From Lytechinus pictus (lineage: Eukaryota): 64,000 nucleotides of DNA. The notes under the pieces are model-generated. The model made no database searches, had not been told where the DNA came from, and saw nothing but the letters and a program-made list of their open reading frames with translations. How positions within the stretch are numbered: the first letter of the stretch is position 1; each line of letters opens with the position of its first letter. The translations under genes and the position numbers were made by a program. Positions 11,901 through 23,413 of the stretch are shown piece after piece. The stretch spans positions 3,660,001-3,724,000 of the forward strand of contig NC_087252.1 of the NCBI RefSeq assembly GCF_037042905.1, given 5' to 3'.

Positions 11901-14168
11901 TTAGCACATGCGCCATGTTTGTTTTTTTTACTCTTCACGCTACTGCCGCAACAAATCCTGTTCACAGTGGCGTACAGACCACAAAAAAAGGAATGGAAAG
12001 AGAAAAGATTGATATATATTCTCTGGATATCATGTCAAAATCTATCACAAAATTGAATTTTTGTATTAAAAATGTCAAAAAATTTGCTCGCTCGCTTCGC
12101 TCGCTCGCAACATTTTTTTCAAGATAAATTCTGCCCGATACGCAATATCTGGCTCTCTCAAATTCGTTGCCTCATTACACCATTACGCCTGTTCACTAGT
12201 ACGAGGTTACTATGCTATATGACCGGGAAATTTGTGGCTCTTGCCCCCCCCCCCCCCCTCTTGGCCACCGACCCCTGTTACCCCGCTGGTTGAAGTAGTA
12301 GTAGCAGCAGTAGTAATGTAGTATACTATGCAGTCTGGTTTTCTATCCCCTTTCCTTTCGAAGCCTCCATCACTTTCAAGCTCCAAGCTTAAGATGGAGG
12401 TCTCCCACATTTATATATATATATATGTTCAGTAATTAAAGAAAATGTATATATAGATATAATTTTCGCAGTACAGTTGATATTTTATAATGATTTATGT
12501 ACATTATTCATTATGTTTAAAAAAATATTTGCCTGTTATGTAATATTGAAAAAAAAATTATTATACTTGTATATACTTTGTTTTTGTTTTGAAATGTGGA
12601 AATAAAATAAATCAAATCAAATCATATTATCATAGGTCTACTATTGTTATCATTATCGTCGGCATCATTAGCTTTTATCATCGTTATAAGAGATTGCATT
12701 GACTAAAGTTACAAATTAGAGGATTTACTTAGATATCATTTTAATATTTTCATAATCATCATTAATATAATTATCATAATTTTTACTCCTTCATGATATA
12801 CTTGTTCATTGTTTGTTTTATCATTGTGACGCAACACTCGGACTCTCATACAAGAAATTAGGCCAAATATTTATGCAATGGAATGGGTCCATAACCGTAT
12901 GTTTGCATACGACTGAGGGGTGGGGAGGGGAAAGGGGGGGGCTCTCGTCTAGGGAAAACCGACGTGGGGGGTATTTAAGTTGATTCGCTACAAGTCATGA
13001 CACTGAGCTACTATTTTCAGTCACCGGCAGGATTTTATTCGCCTACATATTCGTTCATATTTGTATTTGCCCTTTGCTCTGCTCGGTAAACAAGGAACAA
13101 CACAGACGTGTGTGTCTAAATAAGGAGATGCCATACAGCTTGCGCTCATGCATTACAATTGAATTCTGAAATTATATTCACCATTGGTATGAGTCATGAC
13201 GGCAGATAGATCAAATATTGACTCAATTATGAAACTTGATATGATGTAAGAGCACGTTTATCCCTAACAAAATGTGAAATTTTCATCGTCCTAGCTGATA
13301 AGTTTCATTCATATATATACATATATATAGCTATGAACATTTGTTTATACTGCACAAGAGTCAACGTAAAAAACATTCGTAACCAGTGGTGTACAGATCG
13401 GGGAGGGGGTCTTGGGGCAAGCGCCGCCCCCCCCCCCACCCCCAATTGTTCATGTCTCAGCCAAAAAAGGAAAAGGAATGAGAGAATGGTAAAATATGAT
13501 GTTATTTTCTGAATATTATGTCAAATTCTATCACAAAATTGGATATATTCATATGAAAATATCTAGATTTTTGCTCGCTCGCTTCGCTCACTCGCAAATT
13601 TTAATGACGTTTGCCCGATACGCCCCCTCAAAATGTTAGGCTCATTACGCTACTGTTTGTAACATAATATCGCAATTGGTCTTACAATACCTAGATTGAA
13701 AACGGCAACTCCATAGTGCCTTCTTATTTTATTTGTTTTAATGGGTGAAAAAATTAGGAAAGGGGGAAGAAAAAGAGGAAGCGAAAGATAAAAGGCAAGA
13801 GCATTAAACGATAAATCTTGAACATGTACGTGTATATATTCTGAGAGGAAAAGAGTCTCCTGAAGATTCCCCGGCCCCCCCCCCCCCCCTGCCTCAAATT
13901 AATAGATCACGCCAATCAGCTAGATTCAAATAACTTAGTGTCCTAATTTATATGACAATTCTATGAAACGTGAAGAAATGACTAGCATGACTAGGTAGAG
14001 AATACCAAAATGTAAACGTTTGACTTTATGGTCAGTTTAATAAGAACTCTCAAACAAAGTTTATTAGAATCACCATACTTACAGTAAGAATAAAATGATT
14101 GCAACGATGGTGATCAGGACTAGGAACGAAGTGAACGACATCGTGGTTCCAAGTACATTCAACTCCAT
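5932..14168 (-). CDS. Cytochrome P450, clan 3 (CYP3A/TBXAS1-like), coding exons 1-9; remainder not in window
   Basis: Phase-consistent GT-AG exons: 14168-14083, 10942-10849, 10274-10222, 9813-9717, 9115-8996, 7995-7907, 7566-7418, 7050-6908, 6120-5932. Encodes an N-terminal anchor, GIPYEPPSP, DPEMLRFITVKNF, C-helix WREVRNILTPTFSAAKMK, MDTVGSCAFGLDIDSQSDPDNPFV and RVDFLQLLLDA. I-helix, ExxR and heme-Cys exons not found in 1-5931. Confidence 0.93.
8290..8533. mobile_element. Degenerate CACTA-like MITE
   Basis: Starts cactgcaaaa; sub-terminal ttaacttaacac / gtgttaaattaa inverted; internal aacaccagata repeats. Confidence 0.4.
9757..10043 (-). repeat. 144-bp tandem duplication covering the CYP intron-3 3' end and first ~57 nt of exon 4
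   Basis: Two near-identical copies; acceptor AGs at 9814-9815 and 9958-9959. Confidence 0.95.
10455..10697 (+). repeat. Degenerate (cagtgtgtt)-type minisatellite
   Basis: Repeated cagtgtgttc / aatgtgtgtt units. Confidence 0.85.
11281..11545. mobile_element. hAT-like MITE (CAGTGGCGTA-type ends)
   Basis: cactggcgta...tacgcaactg ends, degenerate 8-bp TSD cgttcaat/ggttgaat, internal gctcgctttgctcgc motif. Confidence 0.55.
11965..12187. mobile_element. hAT-like MITE, same family
   Basis: Starts cagtggcgtaca; flanked by direct repeat cctgttca (11957-11964, 12188-12195). Confidence 0.65.
13384..13655. mobile_element. hAT-like MITE, same family
   Basis: cagtggtgta...tacgctactg ends with TSD ttcgtaac/tttgtaac. 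Confidence 0.65.
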
Positions 14169-14544
14169 TTTCGACGTCGATTTCGAACGCAGTATAACAT
14201 ATAGTGTACAGCGAGAATATACACGAGTATATACACTGAGTCTGAGTAAGATAATAGGCGATTGGAAATATGATTTTCTATTCTGTTTGTCGAACCGAAC
14301 AATGGAGTTCAACCTGAAAAAAATTAGTCTTTGGATCAAAACCTATTTTCTGATGGCCCGGTCGGTTTGTTGAGGCATGTAAGTCAATGCTTGGGGCATT
14401 ATATAATTAGTTCTCGACAAAATGCCTTATATCTCTATGACGTGACTCCGCTATATAGATCCACAGCTCCTTAATGATGTTAATTACCATATCATGTGGA
14501 CTTTGAAAGCATATAGGCCTACTATACTGCAATATCCCTCTGCC

Positions 14545-14558
14545 TGCTTCTTTCTCTA

Positions 14559-14590
<32 letters not shown>

Positions 14591-14760
14591 CGTCATTTCT
14601 TCTTCACTCTTATCTTCTTCTTTCTTCCCATCTTCTTTCTTCTCTCCTTCTCTCTTCTCTTCTTATCTCTTCCCAGCATGTCTCTTCTTTTATTTTCTCT
14701 TTTCTTCTCTTCTCTTCTCATATCTTCTCTTGTCTTCACTTCCCTTCTCTTGTCTGCTAT
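14545..14760 (+). repeat. CT-rich low-complexity tract
   Basis: (CT)n and (CTT)n-like runs. Confidence 0.85.
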
Positions 14761-14839
14761 TCTAGATTTTAGACCTGTAGGAAACGGGACAATATTCATG
14801 TTTTGTAAATCATGAAAAGGATGGGTAGTTGGGTATCTT

Positions 14840-16000
14840 CCTATATTAAAAATGCGAGCGTGAAGCGCGAGCAGAAAATAGATATTCTGATCTGAAACTG
14901 GATAATTTAAGCACGTTTTAATTAAACAACAAGCTGCCTATATCAATAAACATGCGTGCGCCTGTTTTAGAGCTAGACCTAGAATCTGGACATTCTGTAC
15001 ACATTTTTTACTCATGAAGATCAATAAAGCCAGCTCGAAGCACGAGCTGAAAAAAATTATATTCCGATCTGAAAAAAAGGATAAATGTAAGCACTATTTT
15101 CAAGCACTGTGTAGGAAAATTGTGAAGTAGGTGTGGAGCACACTTTATTAATGATGCCAGCGCGAAGCGCTAGCCAAAATTTTTAATTATTTTTACCTAG
15201 TACCGGGACATTCTAATGACGTTTTGTCATTATATATGAAAAATGATGACTATATCCCTATTATTCCTAAGCGCGAGATGAATCTTGTCGATATTCCATT
15301 CTAAAAAAGGGCCAATTTAGTTATTAGAAATCCATGAAAATGTAATTTTCTTATTTAATAATCTAATATGCTTAATGAGAGCGTGGAATTTGACATTTTA
15401 AGCATTTCGGAGTTATGAATAGGACGCATTGCTTAGCTACGTTTTGACAATCACATCTAAAAAGGGATATTTTGAAAACTTTATGGAATACACGAAGACA
15501 ATAAGAACTTGGCAAATCAAATAATGTGACCGCGCAGCGTGAGCTGAAAATGTTGATATGTAGACCATAAAACGGACATTTTATAGAGCATTTGAAGAAA
15601 TCAATTTGTAAACAAAAAAATAATGAACGCACGATATCCGAGCTGGAAATTTTATTTTGAATATCGACTTCAAAACTTGATATTTTAAGCTCCATATGAG
15701 CCTATATTGAGCAATATATGAATCTCATCGAACAGGCAATGCGAGCGCGAAGTGCGGGCCAAAATTTTATATAGTGACATGAAAGATTTTTTTTAAGTCT
15801 TCCCCTCACCTCATTTTATTCACTCGTCTTCCTTCTCTTATTTTCCTCTTCCTTTTTTCTTCTATCTTCTCCCTTTTTTTCTCTTTCTCCCCCCCCCCCC
15901 TTTTTGTTTTGCTCCGCCAATTTTTTTCGGGGGGGCATTTAGGGGGCACACCGAATCTCAGGGGGGCACGTGCCCCCCTCCCCCCGTAGCTACGCCACTG
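14840..16000 (-). mobile_element. Copy of the 34355-35699 element family, opposite orientation, one end missing
   Basis: Ends ...cccgtagctacgccactg at 16000; 15400-16000 is a recognisable reverse complement of 34355-34950. Left boundary approximate. Confidence 0.75.
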
Positions 16001-16129
16001 CGTGCATAGGGTGCATAGGGTTATTATCCATTTTGATTGCTCCGTTTTTGCAAACTTTTATAAACCAAGGGGCGTTGCATGATTCAGGAGAGTGGGGCGA
16101 CAGCTCTAACCCCCCCCCCACCCCCGGGG

Positions 16130-16460
16130 AGGTGCCGTGGTGTAGTGGTTCAGTCGCTTGACTCTCAAACCAAGGGTCGAGGGTTCGAACCCCAGCCGGT
16201 GCTAATGCCCTTTGGCATGGCGTTTATTCACGTTTGTCATGCACTGTCCACTTATGTATTAAATGGATACCCGAGGATGTGAACGTCAATATTAGATGGC
16301 ATGTGTGCAGAGAATAATAAAAACATGTTGCCTTGCTAATCCTCAGGGAGTGGAGATGGTGCATGATTGTGTGCAGTGATGGATCATATGACCGGGGTAT
16401 CTACAATGTAATTATGCGCTTATATAAAGTATGAATCGCTATATTATAAATGTAACTTTT
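16130..16460 (+). mobile_element. tRNA-derived SINE (family 2)
   Basis: Box A-like gtggtgtagtgg and box B ggttcgaacc, body similar to 37541-37890, followed by (ATT)n. Confidence 0.75.
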
Positions 16461-16464
16461 GACA

Positions 16465-16735
16465 TTACTATTATTATCATTATTATTATTATCATTATTA
16501 TTTTCATTATTATTTTTAGTATTATTATTATCTGTATTATTATTTAATATCATTATCAGTATTGTTATTATCAATATCATTGCTATTTTATTTTTCGTTG
16601 AAAGTTTCATTGCTATCATATTCATATTTGTAGTTAGCCTACTAATATTATTGGTATTATTGATATTATCATTATAATCAACATCAACATCATCATCATC
16701 ATTATTATTATCATCATCATTATAATTATTATTGT
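16465..16735 (+). repeat. (ATT/ATC)n microsatellite region
   Basis: Direct inspection. Confidence 0.85.
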
Positions 16736-17092
16736 CATTTTTTCGTACCTGAAAAAAAGGAGAAAATTTACAAGAACGAAGAAACAAGTTGGGAAGAAAA
16801 GACTTCGTCTTGTAACTCAATGTGACATTGTATTACTTCTCCTTGTCCGATCTTGATTAAATTTCCAGTGTGTTTGTTTATCTGATTATAATTCAGCTAT
16901 TCACATCATATTCTTTTCGGCCTTTAAAATGAACAGGTATCTACAACTCTTTTATTTTCCTGGCCTACTGTATCATGTGATTCATGTCTATGTGACAGTT
17001 TAAAGAAGAAACGTACAACAAGGTAAAAAAAAAATCAAATTTCTCACTCAGAGTGTAAAGATCCAGGTGAATTAAAGGTAATTTTTCTTCTA

Positions 17093-17450
17093 TTACGTCA
17101 CTGTAAGGGGAAGCCCCTTAAGGGGAAGCCCCTTATCGTAATAAATAGAGATGACGTCATGCAGAGACCTCGGAAAAGCCTTATCGCATTTGTGAACACA
17201 AATAGTAGTCTACGAGCAAAGACTCGTACAAGCATGTAACATTTTGCTTTTCAATATGTTTAACAGATACACAAATATGCACTCCTAGTCTTTACAACAT
17301 ACTTTAAGAGGATAGATGCATGACACATCTTCGAGCCTGCAGCGATGGCTCTGTATCCCTGGAACAGCCATCACCTTGGTACTTAAAACATGTTTATAAA
17401 TTAAGACTATACACAGAGAAGGCTTTGGGAATACCCGTTAGGAATTCCCC
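17093..17450 (+). promoter_or_regulatory. Putative promoter/enhancer with NF-kB-like and CRE motifs upstream of the Bak-like gene
   Basis: TTACGTCA 17093-17100; GGGGAAGCCCC at 17107-17117 and 17122-17132; TGACGTCA 17152-17159; GGGAATACCC 17427-17436; GGAATTCCCC 17441-17450. Motif evidence only. Confidence 0.45.
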
Positions 17451-18289
17451 AGCTCTGGAATAAGATCCCCAGCTTCTATCTTATGCATTTCAATTATACG
17501 CAGAGAGTATAGTATCATATCAGTTGTGGTTGCCAGTAAACCTAAACAGATATCACATATCTCCATCCATGCATGATCTCATATAGCAGTCCTATAGTGT
17601 TGTCAGATTGAGTTGGGACTGTGATTCAGAATTCAATTGACACTACGGATCTTGACCTATACACCAAGGCAACAACAGGGCATGAACAATTAGGACTGCA
17701 AGAAATTGACACTGATTCCGTAAGTATACGTTAGTATTTTTGTCTAACAACATATTTCCGCGGTTGTGGTCTGAAGAGCGGATCAGCGCAAAGTCGAGGC
17801 AGAGCCAAATTATCGTTTGTTTGAAAAAATTAAAAACAAAAATCCACCCTAATAGTATATAGGACTAGACCTACTGACGGGACTAGTCTGCATGATCGTT
17901 CTTGTTATATGATGGGGTGTCCAAATTTCGCGGACTTTTCAAAAAAAATTCTTCAGGCTTAAATTTGTTCACAAAATATTCACAATTTGTACGGTATCAA
18001 CTTTGAACACAGCGGAACAACATCTTGCATTATTTACTAGGACTGTAGACCCGATTTGTGTGAGACAGAAGGTGTTGGTCCATTTGCTTTATTACAATGT
18101 CCCCATATTAATGTATTTAATAGTGGTGTCAATTTTGTCATATATACCGTACTCTCATAGCACAAAGATCATTTTAAAAAGAATCAGAATTAGGTCTAGA
18201 TATAATGTCAATGATACTATAGAAAATACAGTCATAATTGTGATAATGAGAGATATAATCCAAATGATGATGAATTTATGAGAAGTGTA

Positions 18290-18562
18290 ATAATATGATG
18301 ACAATATAATGATAATATAACGATAATAATGATGATAGGGTAGCATTGATCAGTTATAATGGTAGTGCATGGTGATGATAATGATGACGATAATGATGAT
18401 GATAATGATGATGGTGGTGATGATGATGATGGTGATGATGCTGCTGTTTGGTGATGGTGGAAATTGTGGTGATGATGATTATGATGATGATGATCATCAA
18501 CATCATGGTGATGATGATGATAGTGGTGGTGATGATGATGAAGGTGATGATATGGTGATAAT
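18290..18562 (+). repeat. (GAT/GGT)n microsatellite
   Basis: Direct inspection. Confidence 0.9.
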
Positions 18563-18742
18563 GACATGGTTTTGATTCCCTCTTGGTTCCCCAAAATGAT
18601 TATTTTATTGAAAAATATAATTTATGTCAGCTATCCTCATTATTGTACTTGTTGCTTATATCCAATCATCTCCAGTTTCATTCCATTATTTTTTATTATT
18701 ATTCCAGAAACAGCCTTCATCGGAGCAGGATCATATTCCAAC

Positions 18743-21420
18743 ATGTCTTTCTCAAAATCTGCCAAACCCAGTAACAAAGATGTCAGGCTTCGACGACCCG
18801 TCCAGAATGAAGAGGACTTTGAAACGGTCTTCCATGAAGTAGCTGGAGATCTTCTACAAAATGGGCCCGGGACTGCTAGGGTCGTTTCAAGCCCCCCTGT
18901 ACTATCTGAAAAGTATGCTTGAAGTTAAGAAGATTTCTTTTTTCAATTGAGAATAATAACTTTATTTGTTGTTGGAATTTCAAAAATATAACTTCAACAA
19001 AGATTGAAAATGTATACCGGTATATCACGGTGACTGGTCTAATGTATTCCTAAAAGTATTTAGGATTTTTGTGAATATGAGAACACTTGTTTGCACTGAT
19101 GGTAAATTCTTGATGGGGGCATGAAAATACAGAAAGTCACTGGTATTCTAGCCAATAGATCTTGCCATCAGCATTAGGATATGCTATGTGTTGTTAATGC
19201 TGTACTAAGGGGAAGTGTACCAGGGGTCTGGGAAGGATTTTGTTAGAGGTGGTGCTTTTCACTTCCAAATAAAGATATTTTTTGTAAAAATCAATTTAAA
19301 AAAAAAGGGGTTCACTCCAATAAAATGAAGGTGATTTTTGTCAAAACCCTCCCCCCAAAAGGATATGACTCTCGCCTACATTAAGTGGTAAACGAAAGCT
19401 AATAATTATGGCATACCAACCTAATTTCCAGGGGCAGCTGTTCACCTCCAGGAATTTTTAATTTTTTTCCACCCCGACTCCCAAGGCGGGTGCTGCGGAA
19501 TTTCTCTTGAAAGCAGCGACATGCTGTACAAATTGGGCAAATGCATGCTCTTGTGTTAACCATCATGTATAAATAGGGTTCTAAAATTGGGAGTCGAAAC
19601 GAGCACAAGAAAATGCCTCGATCCTCCCCCTAGTCTGCACGCATAGACCCTGAGTAAAAATTTGATCAACAAATGTGTTAATTTCCACGCACTCAAAGAC
19701 TAGCACATGTATACAAAACTTGCTGTTGCAATTCCCTGAGCGAGAGGGTCTTCAGTACACAAGGCATGAGTAGGCTGCAATTCAGACCCTTTACTCGAGT
19801 GAAGGGTTTGCACGGCAGACTATCCCCCCCCCCCCCCCCCCCCCGAAGGCTCTCCATCAAAATATCATGGAAGCACCCCTGTAAGAGGGAGTGTTTACCT
19901 GGTTTCCATCTCATAAAGACTTGTTAGAATAAAAAATGCACAAATTCTTTAACAAGTTTAGTCAGCCAGTTAGATTGATGGATTTCACTAGCTTTTAATT
20001 GTTATTTCAAATTTGTTATCTAAACAAGTTTTAATTTAAACCAGCCACTGATCTTGCTTGACTCCTACTTTTGCAGAACTCGCCGGGATCTACGCGAGAT
20101 GAGGACGAATTTCAGCCAGCAATACGGACCTCAAATTCTAAGGATGGCCGAGGAGTGTCGAGCAGCAATGAGAGCTGGTCATCGACGAGTGCTGCAGTTC
20201 TTCTCTGAAGTTACACGAGAGTAAGATTTATTTTAGTCTATACTAGGAAAACCAATGTAAGCTCCCCCTCCCCATTGGTGAAAAATATTCAAATGATGAC
20301 AATGATTAAAAATAAAAGCATTTGATATAATTAATAAAACAAAAACGAAGGGGTGAATATTGTTTTCAATGTATATGATGATGATGATGATGATGATGAT
20401 GCACAGCATTTGTATAGCGCCATGTATCTGTCAAAGACATTCAAAGGTGCATTGGAGGAGCCAGCCAATCTGGGTCGCCTACAAGGGCGCGCACACAGAA
20501 CTGTGACCCACAGGTCTCTCCTCCCGATAACTGGGGGAATGCAGGTGGACCACTACACCGGGGTTTCCCCCTACTCTTATTCGAATAGTGAGTGGGTTCT
20601 TAACGTGCAAAGGTGGTGATTCTCCTCTACACGGGGCCTCCATTTAACGTCCTATCCGAGGGACGGAGTGTTTTCCACTGTAACATAGCCTGCATCTATG
20701 AAACATGGGAGAGACGTTTACACACAACGCACTGGCTTCAGTCATCCGCCCGGGGTGGACTCGAACCCACGATCTTTGGTTCGACGGGCAGACGCGTTAC
20801 CGACTGAGCCAACTTCGCTCTCTATATAGCAATTTAATTGTAAAATTCATTGGTCCTTAGACCTATGAGTAGTTTATTTGACAAAAAAAAATAACGTGAG
20901 CACAATTAATATCTTTTGGATAATTGTATAATTTCTATATTGAAATTAAAATGATATACATCTAATGATCCAAATGCATTAATGAATGATGAATATAACG
21001 ATTAATGAATGAATTATTGAATAAATGAATAAAATAACTAAAATAAGTGTAATACTTGAGCGATTGGAAAATTGATTAATCAAATAACTAATTAACTCAT
21101 TGACGGATTTATTAATTAGCTCTTGAATGGGTGGGTGACTGAAATGAGAGAAACATACATGAATAATAAACTAATAATATTGCACAGAAATAGATTTTGT
21201 GAAATGTTGGTAATCTACATGTATGCACAAGATCCCATTTTTACCTCTTTTTTCACCCTTCTTCTTCAGTTGTTTAGCTGATGGATATTCCTGGAGTGCA
21301 GTATTCTTCCTTATATTCCTGGTTCTAGCAATCTTAGCGACTGTGGGATTCGGAATGCTAGCATCTGGTGTGGTTCCGATTATTTGGCGTGCAGTCCGTG
21401 GTTTTATAACAGCACAATAA
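18743..21420 (+). CDS. Divergent, truncated Bcl-2-family (Bak/Bax-like) protein, 154 aa; possibly a young pseudogene
   Basis: Exons 18743-18912 (acceptor at 18707/18708), 20077-20220 and 21270-21420 join in frame through two phase-2 GT-AG introns. Product contains EEDFETVFHEV (helix-1-like), RRDLREMRTNFSQQYGPQILRM (BH3-like) and FFSEVTRDCLADGYSWSAVFFLIF (BH1-like). Family assignment by eye. Confidence 0.65.
20376..20820 (-). mobile_element. tRNA-derived SINE (family 3), near full length, with (CAT)n tail
   Basis: Minus-strand head ttggctcagtcggt...ggttcgagtcc; near-identical 3' parts at 48905-49183 (-) and 43255-43350 (+). Confidence 0.8.
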
Positions 21421-23255
21421 ATTGTTATTACAGCAGTATTGTGAAGTATGGAAACTTAAGGTAAAGTTTGCACCAACAAAAGGTTAATTTCAATAAAAAT
21501 AGAATAAATGTTTTAAAAAGTCACAAAAGCTCAACATTGAAAATTTCATCAATATTGGAACACATGTGTGCAAAATAATAATAATTATGCAATTGTAAAT
21601 GACTGCACTTCCTGGATTAAAATAGGCATTGTTACTTGATTTATTATGCAAGTTTTATATTTGGGCAAAAAAAATACTATTCATCTGAAGGGAGGGAGAG
21701 AAGGGCAGGAGAGAGAGAGCATCAGAGAGAAGGGAGTGTAAGAGGGGGAAACAGAGCCAGAGAGGAAAGGAGATAATCACCGGAAACTAGCAAGGATATT
21801 GTTTGTGGAAGAATTTGGTGATCTCATGTTTTCACCTCTGTGCTTTTTGGAAATATCAGTGATGACAAGAACATTAGTTAGTCATATTTTGGTGATGTCA
21901 ATATTGTGAAAAATTAATTAGCTGTGTATATTTTGTCATTAATGTGATATTTTGTATATCATTCGTAAACATTAACTCAGATGTCGACGTCAAATTTTGA
22001 TTCAATCTCCACCGAATGTGATTATTATTTCATCGTTTATGTAAATGTCACTTGAAAAATGTATATACATACATAAGTATATGTATTAATTTCTTCAGGG
22101 ATATCTTTCACAAGTCAAAACAATGACTACTACAGGATACGATTGTCTTCCAGTATATTATGTCTATGTGCAAGATAATATCATCCTTCTAAAAAGAAGA
22201 CCACTCCTCCAATATCACATAACCATCCCCCCACTTATTTGCCATGCTAACCCATTAGCTTGAATACAGGGTTCTAATTCATAGCATTGAAGGCCCTGAC
22301 TTGGACATGTACATACTAATTGAATCAATACAGGTTACTTGATTGTTATGTGTTTATGTTATCTGAATCTTCATTGTATATAAATATATATATATATATT
22401 ATACCAAATTGAAAGTTGAAATGAATTAATTGAATTGAATTAAACTCAAGCTGTGTTTGTGCTAGAGTTGTCACCAAACCGTCTTCTTGATTACACTTTC
22501 AATTGGAGTCTTTGCCTGTAGACTATCCCACATCTGCTAAATCCAAAATGTGATTTCAATCATGGTGCTACTTTGCTAAATACTGCAGTAATTCGATTGG
22601 GAAAGGGGCAGGGCCATGGGAACAATTTTTTTACTGGGGGTGCTGATGTAAATTTGACAAGGGGGGGTCACTAAAGAATGAAGGTCATTTTTGTTACATT
22701 TATCCATTTTTTAAACACCTACCAGAATTCAAGGAGGTACTGCCTATGGAAAGTAATACACACAGCACCCCCTTTTTCCCAGGTTCATGGAAAGGGGATC
22801 AAATATGTTAATTTAACTCTTGATGTGCCATTCGCTGTAATCAGGGAGTGTCATATTTTTTTCAGAGTCTATATTTAATTGTTTTATTAATGAAAAAAGG
22901 GAATCACTCCTGAGACCATAAAGTTAAACCTCTTGACCATAAGCTGAACTGACCAATGGAATCACTCATGCATGCAATGCACTCCTCAAAATTCAATAGG
23001 CATAACAATAGCTGTATGACCATTGCACGAAAATGTGTTTGTGGCACTCCAGTGGATGCACAGATATGTGTTCACGGCACTTTAAGGGTTAAGAAATATT
23101 TTTCCCACAGCTACTACATGTATATATAATGCAATTACCAGATAATTAAATTGTACACTGCAAGACAGACGACTGTTTTATCTACTTTCCATTTGGTCTC
23201 GTCTCACATGGCCTAATCCTAGTTCATCTACAACCAGTTGGTCTTTCAACCATGT

Positions 23256-23413
23256 GGGGCCCCGTTTCATAAAGGACTTGCAACTCTTGTAACTTTGCCA
23301 TTATGGCAACTACCATCGTAACCTTGATTCTGATTGGCTGATGAGCCCTGTTACCATGGTAGTTGCCATAATGGCAAAGTTACAACAGTAAATCCTTTAT
23401 GAAACAGGCCCCT
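23256..23413. mobile_element. Palindromic PIF/Harbinger-like MITE
   Basis: ggggccccgtttcataaagga ... tcctttatgaaacaggcccc with an internal hairpin. Confidence 0.65.

Noticed and set aside
18232..18594. Poly-His/Met/Asp/Ile/Val ORFs here and at 16401-16820, 29098-29483, 31593-32669 and 60169-60559
   Set aside because: Trinucleotide microsatellite translations.
18624..18842. Alternative reading frame of the first Bak-like exon (KQPSSEQDH...)
   Set aside because: Terminates at 18842 before the donor and cannot join the downstream exons.
20740..20820. tRNA genes at this and other SINE heads
   Set aside because: Box A/B are present but continue into shared SINE bodies and simple-repeat tails; no convincing complete cloverleaf.
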